This document shows positions 17,022 to 22,963 of a stretch of DNA of 22,963 bases, one piece after another. The notes beneath the pieces were generated by a model. That model had not been told where the DNA came from, did no database searches, and saw only the letters and a program-made list of their open reading frames with translations. Positions within the stretch are counted from its first letter, which is position 1, and each line of letters starts with the position of its first letter. The position numbers were made by a program, and so were the translations under genes. The stretch comes from PVC group bacterium (GTDB taxonomy: Bacteria > Auribacterota > Erginobacteria > Erginobacterales > Erginobacteraceae): NCBI GenBank assembly GCA_043804695.1, contig JAZDIV010000110.1, positions 1 to 22,963 on the forward strand, given 5' to 3'.

Positions 17022-18269
17022 TTATGGTGGTCCGATCCCGCCCCTTGTTACGCTCGAAACTTTTACTCTCGCTAAACCTTCAGAAAAATCCGATGCATAA
17101 TCGAATTGTGGCTCAATGACAACTTCCCCCCTGTTATCAATAAATCCCCATCTATCACTAACTCTTACAGCTGCCAAGCCCTCGGAAAAGCTTTTAGCCT
17201 CTTCAAAAGCCGACTCAAGTATCATTACAAATTTCCCGGCTTTATCGATATAGCTCCATTTGCCACCAATGACACTAGGCCCCTTACGTTCGCCACCAAT
17301 ATTTACGCATGCGAGACCTTCAGCAAAATCCCATGCATGATCGAATTGCTGTTTGATAACCATTTTGCCCGTCTCGTCGATGTAACCGTATTTGCCTCCA
17401 ACAAGACGGACTCCTTCCCATGTACCACCAATATTAACAAAGCTCAAGCCTTCTGAAAAATACAACCCGGCTGTATCGAACCGTGGTAGGATAATAAATT
17501 CCCCCGTTTTATCGATGTAGCCTCGCTTGTCATCTACTTCTACAAGCGCAAGGCCTTTCGAAAAGATCCAGGCCTTATCGAAACTTGGTTCTATTATTAA
17601 TTCTCCTTTTTTGTCAATGAAGCCCCACTTGTCCCCAATTTTCACACTTGCCAGTCCCTCATGAAACTTAAGGCAATGATCAAAGCGAGGTTCAATAACA
17701 ACTTCCCCTTTCAAATTCACATAGCCCCACTTGCCTTTAAGCTTTACGTAACCAAGCCCTTCGGAAAAGCTGCCTGTCCTATCGAACAGGGGTTCGATCG
17801 CAAACCGTCCCCTTTTGTCGATATAACCCCAGTTATCGTTATCTTTTGCAGCTGCCAAGCCGTCTGAGAAACTCAGGAGACGAGTGAATTCCGGCTTGAT
17901 TACCACCGTTCCATTCTTGTCAATAAAACCCCATTTGCCTTCCAGGCATACAGCAGCAATCCCCTCGGAGAAGCTGGATATATAATCGAAACGCGGCTCG
18001 ATTACTTTCTTGCCGGTTTCATCAATATAACCCCACTTCTTGTCTAACCAGACACCGGCAAGTCCTTCTGAAAATCTGTTTGCCCGAGTGAACTGTGGTT
18101 TTATGACGTATTTGCCAGTCTGGTCTATATAGCCACATTTGCCCAATTGTCCGAATGGGAATAAGTATTGTTTCTGCCGCATTTGCGCCAGGGCGCTTTC
18201 CAAGTTACATATTTCAAAGATGGCAAGAAAAATGAGAAGGGTAAGCAAAATAACACAAATGGCTTTCAT
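17022..18269 (-). CDS. secreted WG (KWG)-repeat protein
   Basis: Signal peptide followed by about ten repeats of KWG(Y/F)ID..G..VI.P.F...F.EGLA.V. Confidence 0.9.
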   Translation of the reverse strand: MKAICVILLTLLIFLAIFEICNLESALAQMRQKQYLFPFGQLGKCGYIDQTGKYVIKPQFTRANRFSEGLAGVWLDKKWGYIDETGKKVIEPRFDYISSFSEGIAAVCLEGKWGFIDKNGTVVIKPEFTRLLSFSDGLAAAKDNDNWGYIDKRGRFAIEPLFDRTGSFSEGLGYVKLKGKWGYVNLKGEVVIEPRFDHCLKFHEGLASVKIGDKWGFIDKKGELIIEPSFDKAWIFSKGLALVEVDDKRGYIDKTGEFIILPRFDTAGLYFSEGLSFVNIGGTWEGVRLVGGKYGYIDETGKMVIKQQFDHAWDFAEGLACVNIGGERKGPSVIGGKWSYIDKAGKFVMILESAFEEAKSFSEGLAAVRVSDRWGFIDNRGEVVIEPQFDYASDFSEGLARVKVSSVTRGGIGPP

Positions 18270-18356
18270 TTTCTTTTAGTCGGGTCGGACCTGGGCAACT
18301 TATTTAATATTAATAAGTTGGCTCTCTTCCATTTTGCGTGGGTTGAATGGGGCGCT

Positions 18357-18405
18357 GTAGTGGTCAAGTTTACTTGACCTACAGCAGAGCAAGCTCTGCA
18401 ACTAC
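18357..18405. repeat. GTAG-type REP doublet
   Basis: GTAGT-GGTCAAGT-TT-ACTTGACC and the inverted GCAGAGC-AA-GCTCTGC-AACTAC. Confidence 0.6.
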
Positions 18406-18469
18406 ACATTCTCCTCTCTTAATAGCCGTTCTCTCCATAAAATTACCCACACAAAATGAAATAGAACCC

Positions 18470-18570
18470 TTTTTTGATTCTCCCGGGAAAAAAGCGTGGA
18501 TTACAATTTTTCTGCGCTGGGAGGTTTTTGCCTATTTTTCCCTATTGACACCCGGAGGTCTTATAAGTGT
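18470..18570. repeat. non-coding module copy D (right part only)
   Basis: TTTTTTGAT.CTCCCGG..AAAAAAGC.TGGATTA.AATTTTT as in copy C; AGGTTTTT.CCTATTTTTC..ATTGACACCCGG.GG.CTTATAAGTGT as in copy B. Confidence 0.75.
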
Positions 18571-18614
18571 CAAGAGGAAAGATTTGATAATCATATAAAG
18601 GTCAAAAAAGGTTA

Positions 18615-19328
18615 TCACCCAATTAAAGGTGCCATACAATCAGGGTAACGGGCAATATCGCCCGAGATAACCCAAAAGGAGGTACCGGTATGGACCTTTA
18701 TACGGGTATTGATCTTCACTCGAACAATGGATTCTGCGGGATCCTTAATATGGAGGGTGGCCGAGTATTCCAGAAGAAGATGCCGAATGACCTGTCAAGG
18801 GTTTTGGCGACTCTCTATCCCTTCAAGTTGGAGACCGGATCCATAAGCAGATATGCCGGGGCGGGGAACTATGCCTCCTATTGCCGGGCGGTGAAGGCTG
18901 ATCATACCTCAAACGAGAAGAAGAAGAGGAAAGGCAACCAGAAGAACGGGAACAAATATCTGGTCTGGGCATCTATAGAGGCAGCCAATTTCATCAGAAG
19001 ATATTGCCCGGAGGCAAAGCGATATCATCAGAAGAAGATGGCCCGAACGAATAGGGTCGTGGTCACCAAGGCACTGGCAAGTAAAGTTGCCAAAGCCTGC
19101 TTTTACATCATGCGGGACCAGGTGGACTTGGACGTGAAAAAGATGTTCGGCTGATGAATGAGTTGTGGCAGTGATCCAGGTTTGGGGTTGGTGAAAAGCC
19201 AATAGATTTGATTGCGAGGCCGATTATATCAAGATCAATTATTATAGGCGGCGTTTTGTGGTTTAGCTCCGTTCAGGGGAAGATCTTGCCTTAAAATTCC
19301 CACTTGACGCAACACCTTTAATGGGTGA
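18615..19328 (+). mobile_element. internally deleted IS110-family (IS1111-like) element
   Basis: Inverted repeats TCACCCAATTAAAGGTG (18615-18631) / CACCTTTAATGGGTGA (19313-19328); TTGACG just inside the right repeat; about 160-nt 3' non-coding region. Confidence 0.7.
18690..19154 (+). pseudogene. IS110-family transposase with an in-frame internal deletion
   Basis: N-terminal YTGIDLHSNN is joined directly (PFK|LETG, about 18827) to C-terminal motifs ETG.I.R....NYASYCR, GNKYL.WA.IEAA and KALA.K; only 154 aa. Confidence 0.87.
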
Positions 19329-19348
19329 CCCCTGGCCCTCTTTCCCGG

Positions 19349-21175
19349 CTACCGGGCAAGAGGGATATCGTCGCTGCTCCCGCCGAAGTAGCACCGGGTG
19401 ATGCCCCGGATCGCCCAGAGACCGGAGGATGGCCGGAAGATACCGATCTCTACCGTCCCGAATCCACCGTAATCGGCTGAAGCTGGCTGGTCGAGATTCC
19501 GGCCGAAGTAGGCCCGGGTGACACCGCGGAAGACCCAGAGGCCGCTGTCCTGGCGGAAGAGCCCGATCTCGGCGGTCCCGTCCCCGTCGAAATCTCCCGG
19601 GACGGCGTTGTCCCCGTCACGACCGTAGTAGATCCGGGTCAGGTCTCGGATCGCCCAGAGGCCGCTCTGCCGGCGATAGATCCCGCAGTTAATCAGACCG
19701 TCGCCGGTATAATCAGCCGGGATCGGCGCGTCGGTGGCACTGCCGTAATAAAGCCGATCAAGACCCCGGATCGCCCAGAGGCCGCTGGAGGGGCGGAAGA
19801 TGGCGATATCGATGGTGCCGTCACTGTCATAGTCATCCGGAACGGCCAGGTCGCCCGATATGCCGAAGTAGATCCGGTTCCCTCCCCGGATTGCCCAGAG
19901 TCCGGCTGCCGGCCGGAAGACGGCAATGTCTGAGGTTCCGTCGCCGTCATAATCCCCGGGGACCGGGAGGTCGCCCGAGGGACGGCCGTAATAGACCCGG
20001 GTCAGACCGCGGACCGCCCAGAGGCTGTCCCGGAAGATGGCGATATCCGTGGTCCCGTCACCGTTGAAGTCACTGTCGCCCATCACCTGGTAGAAGGCGG
20101 TCGGCCGCGGCGACGGGGTGGGAGTTGGCGTCGCCGTCACCACGATCTCCGGGGTGGCGGTGGGCTGAGGCGCCGGGGTTGCCGTGGTCGCCGGCGTCGG
20201 GGGAGCGCTCGGTGAAGGCTGAACCGGACTCGGGGACGGGGTCGCTTTCGGTGTCGGATTCGGCGTCGGGCCGGCCGGGGTCGCGGTCATGGTTGGGGGC
20301 GGGGGATCAAAGGGGTCGGTCGGATCGCTGCCCAGGTTGACCACCTCCTGGTAGTCGCTGTATTTGTCACCGTCGGTATTGGTTGAGTTGGGGTTGGTGA
20401 CCGGGATGCCCGGGGAAGCGACGTTGAAGGTGATGTCGCCGATATCGGGGTAGCCGATCGCGATCCGGTTGGCGGGAAGAGTTCTCCCTTCCAGTTCCTC
20501 GCCGTCGAGCAGGTTATCGCCGTCGCTGTCCGGGTTGTTTCTGTCGGTGGCCAGGGATTTCTCCCAAGAGTTGTTGGCCCCGTCTCCGTCATCATCCAGG
20601 CTGTCCAGCGACTGATCGGTGACCAGGAGGCCGTACTGATTGACCGGAAAATCTTCCTCACTATCTATGATGACAATGAAGTAGGTAGAGTCCCCATAGA
20701 ACGTGGCCTCCGCCAATTCCGGGGCATTGAAGGCCCGGGTATAGATAGTAGTGTCGGTAAGCTGCGAATAATAGATCATATAAGCAAAGTGCCCGGTGTC
20801 GGTTTGAATGGCCCATGAAATCCCCCACCCGACAACCGTGGTCGTGAACAAGTGGTCGTCGCCGGTTGGGTTTCCGCTGGCGTCCGGGGGAGAGATGATC
20901 CCGTCATCACCCACATAGATGATCTGGATCGCGTCGCCGGTCAGGCCGTTCCAGGCGGGATCTGTAGCTGTGGGGTTGGTGCCTTTAAGCAGTCCTCCCA
21001 GCTCGTCACGGATCCCAAAGTAGTAAGGGTTGGGGGAGCCACTATCAGTCCACGTAACCCACTCATTATAGACGTGGAAATACTTGCCCCCCTGGGCCAT
21101 AACCGGTTGCGGGATCAGGAGGATACCGAGAACCGGAGCGAGGAATCCGACGAGGATGCAGGTAGTATTTTTCAT
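19349..21175 (-). CDS. secreted/surface protein with DxDGD Ca-binding repeats, a Pro/Thr linker and C-terminal FG-GAP-like repeats
   Basis: Start set at MKNTT (AAGGAG RBS, signal peptide); DSDGD/NTDGD repeats; six D(Y/F)xGDG..IA(I/V)FR...LWA(I/V)RG.TR.Y(Y/F)G units. Confidence 0.85.
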   Translation of the reverse strand: MKNTTCILVGFLAPVLGILLIPQPVMAQGGKYFHVYNEWVTWTDSGSPNPYYFGIRDELGGLLKGTNPTATDPAWNGLTGDAIQIIYVGDDGIISPPDASGNPTGDDHLFTTTVVGWGISWAIQTDTGHFAYMIYYSQLTDTTIYTRAFNAPELAEATFYGDSTYFIVIIDSEEDFPVNQYGLLVTDQSLDSLDDDGDGANNSWEKSLATDRNNPDSDGDNLLDGEELEGRTLPANRIAIGYPDIGDITFNVASPGIPVTNPNSTNTDGDKYSDYQEVVNLGSDPTDPFDPPPPTMTATPAGPTPNPTPKATPSPSPVQPSPSAPPTPATTATPAPQPTATPEIVVTATPTPTPSPRPTAFYQVMGDSDFNGDGTTDIAIFRDSLWAVRGLTRVYYGRPSGDLPVPGDYDGDGTSDIAVFRPAAGLWAIRGGNRIYFGISGDLAVPDDYDSDGTIDIAIFRPSSGLWAIRGLDRLYYGSATDAPIPADYTGDGLINCGIYRRQSGLWAIRDLTRIYYGRDGDNAVPGDFDGDGTAEIGLFRQDSGLWVFRGVTRAYFGRNLDQPASADYGGFGTVEIGIFRPSSGLWAIRGITRCYFGGSSDDIPLAR

Positions 21176-21216
21176 GTTATTCGACTCCTTATTGACTCCG
21201 GAGTCTCTCGGTTTGT

Positions 21217-22962
21217 TCAATATTTCAGGTACGTTTCGATGTCGTTGGTTCCCCCGTTCTGATAAGGCACGCTGTCTCCCATCGTGAAGGACGACCATGG
21301 AGAGGGATCGTTCGGGTTCCAGTACTGCGAGATCAGGACCGGGGAACCGGGCGAGAAGACCAGTTCGGTATTCACTTCCGCCCCCATCAGGGAGAACGGC
21401 AGAAAATACTCCCAGCGATTGTGGCCGGCCCCGATGGCGTGATCGTAGTAGATGACCGCGGTCACATTCGAATCCGCCCCGCGGGCGGAAAGGTCGCGGT
21501 TGTAGAAGAAGACCCAGTCGTTCTCGAACCCTTCCCAGCCGGGGAAAGTGGGGTTTCCGGTTCCCGCCAGGTGGGGGAATGCGGGGGTGAGGCCGCCGAT
21601 GAAGCGGGTCTCAACCGGGAAATTGAGCGAGAGGAAGGTGATCTGGTTGCAGGTGTAAGAGTCCCAGGCCGCGTCGCCCGGCCTGACGGTCTGCCCGTTC
21701 CACTCCCGCGAGTAGATGTCGTGATAGTAGCTGTCCATCTTGAGCCGGGCCCCGGCATAATAGGCGAGAGAAGAAGGGAGCGCGGGCTTGTAGAGCATGC
21801 GGAAGCCGTCGTTGGCGATCACCTTTCTGGTGGAAGGGGCGCCGCCGTCCGCGCGCCATCCGCCGCCGATCTCGAGATAGTCGACCGTGAACGCGCCGGA
21901 TGGGGTCAGCCACATATTAAAGTTAGTTGAATCGGGCGGCACCAACCCGGCGGGGAAGAACTCCTCTCCCAGGACATAATTGAGTTTGCCGTCCCCACCG
22001 GTGGCAATGCCGGCCAGGGCGAGAAATGAGTGCTCCGCGCCGGCGGGCTTCAACTGCTTCTGGATCATCATGATCTCCCGGGTCACCGTGCTTATCAACT
22101 TATAGCTCCCCACGGTGGTGTAGTAGGAGAAACCAACATCCGGTGTTCCTTCGAGATAGGTGTCGGCGATCGCCAGCCGGAGGAAGCGGATATCGTTATC
22201 GTTGAGCGAACTTAGATTGAGAGTGTCGGTGAACGAGGTCAGGGCGCCCTCAGGGTTACCGGCCGGATTCCGGTTGAGGGAGGTCGCGCCGGAGAGCAGT
22301 GTCCAGGCGCCGGTCTGGTTGAACCAGTCCTCGTTTGGCATCTGACGGGTGGCCTGCGACTGGACCGGCCAGTCGGCGTAGAGAATGTCGAAGTGAAGAC
22401 GGCCGGCGTAGCCGGGATAGCCCGATTCACCCATGATATCCACCGTGGGATCCCACCAGTAGAAAGCCGGGTATCCCTCGGAGGTCGCGATTCGGATATC
22501 GGTGAACTGTAAGAAATCAGTCGCGCTGGCCGGGTCGGTCTTGCAGAGGTACTCCTGAAGATTCGTGAATCCGTCACCGTCCGGGTCCTCAATCGCGTCC
22601 ATGGGATCGGTATCGCTGAGCCAGCAGGGGGCGTCGTCATACTGTTGTTCCCATGAGAGGGGCATCCCGTCGAAGTCTTTGTCCGCGTCCAAGAGGGGAG
22701 TAGGCGTGACCGACGGTGTGACTGAAGGCGTCGGCGTGACCGACGGAGTCGGAGTCACTGATGGCGTCGGTGATGGCGTCGGCGTGATCAGGCACTTCAC
22801 CAGCACGTCGTCGAGTGCCAGATCGCCCGTGCCCTGGGTGTAGGTGAACTTCACCTGGCTGGTTGACGGGTTCAGCAGCAACCCGGTGAAGACCGTCCCG
22901 GTCGCGGGGAGCGGGAGGATGTCCGTCACCGTGGACCAGGCGGCGTAGTACTCCTCCACCAG
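21217..22962 (-). CDS. large extracellular protein with a Pro/Thr linker (5' end outside the window)
   Basis: Frame is open to the window edge; (TPTPSV)n linker; DKDFDGMP..WE and DPDGDGFTNLQEY...TDP Ca-binding repeats. Confidence 0.75.
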   Translation of the reverse strand: MVEEYYAAWSTVTDILPLPATGTVFTGLLLNPSTSQVKFTYTQGTGDLALDDVLVKCLITPTPSPTPSVTPTPSVTPTPSVTPSVTPTPLLDADKDFDGMPLSWEQQYDDAPCWLSDTDPMDAIEDPDGDGFTNLQEYLCKTDPASATDFLQFTDIRIATSEGYPAFYWWDPTVDIMGESGYPGYAGRLHFDILYADWPVQSQATRQMPNEDWFNQTGAWTLLSGATSLNRNPAGNPEGALTSFTDTLNLSSLNDNDIRFLRLAIADTYLEGTPDVGFSYYTTVGSYKLISTVTREIMMIQKQLKPAGAEHSFLALAGIATGGDGKLNYVLGEEFFPAGLVPPDSTNFNMWLTPSGAFTVDYLEIGGGWRADGGAPSTRKVIANDGFRMLYKPALPSSLAYYAGARLKMDSYYHDIYSREWNGQTVRPGDAAWDSYTCNQITFLSLNFPVETRFIGGLTPAFPHLAGTGNPTFPGWEGFENDWVFFYNRDLSARGADSNVTAVIYYDHAIGAGHNRWEYFLPFSLMGAEVNTELVFSPGSPVLISQYWNPNDPSPWSSFTMGDSVPYQNGGTNDIETYLKY

Positions 22963-22963
22963 G

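Noticed and set aside
18356..18383. Collapsed IS3-type ends (TGTAGTGGTCAAGT)
   Set aside because: Better explained as one half of a GTAG REP doublet; no transposase remnant
21176..21298. 41-aa N-terminal extension in the ORF track for the 649-aa protein
   Set aside because: Overlaps the upstream gene; the RBS and signal peptide support the ATG at 21175

Overview
Bacterial chromosomal window with GC-rich genes separated by AT-rich intergenic regions full of repeats. 1-13.3 kb is mostly unlinked housekeeping or metabolic genes: DUF1015, class IV aminotransferase, udp, a SpoOM-like protein, maltokinase, ackA, a plant/fungal-type chorismate mutase, an ankyrin lipoprotein, an orphan amino-acid-binding protein and a GNAT-like protein. 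Their spacers carry several REP/MITE-like families, some nested. 13.5-18.6 kb is an accessory tract with every gene on the minus strand: a RelBE-like TA pair with a dead toxin, a SAM methyltransferase, a DUF2281/PemK TA pair and a WG-repeat protein. It contains one convincing and three degenerate integron attC-like sites and a multi-copy non-coding module, but no integrase, so it looks like a decayed CALIN. After it come an internally deleted IS110-family element and two secreted Pro/Thr-linker surface proteins, the last cut by the window edge. All calls come from reading the sequence by eye; no searches were run.
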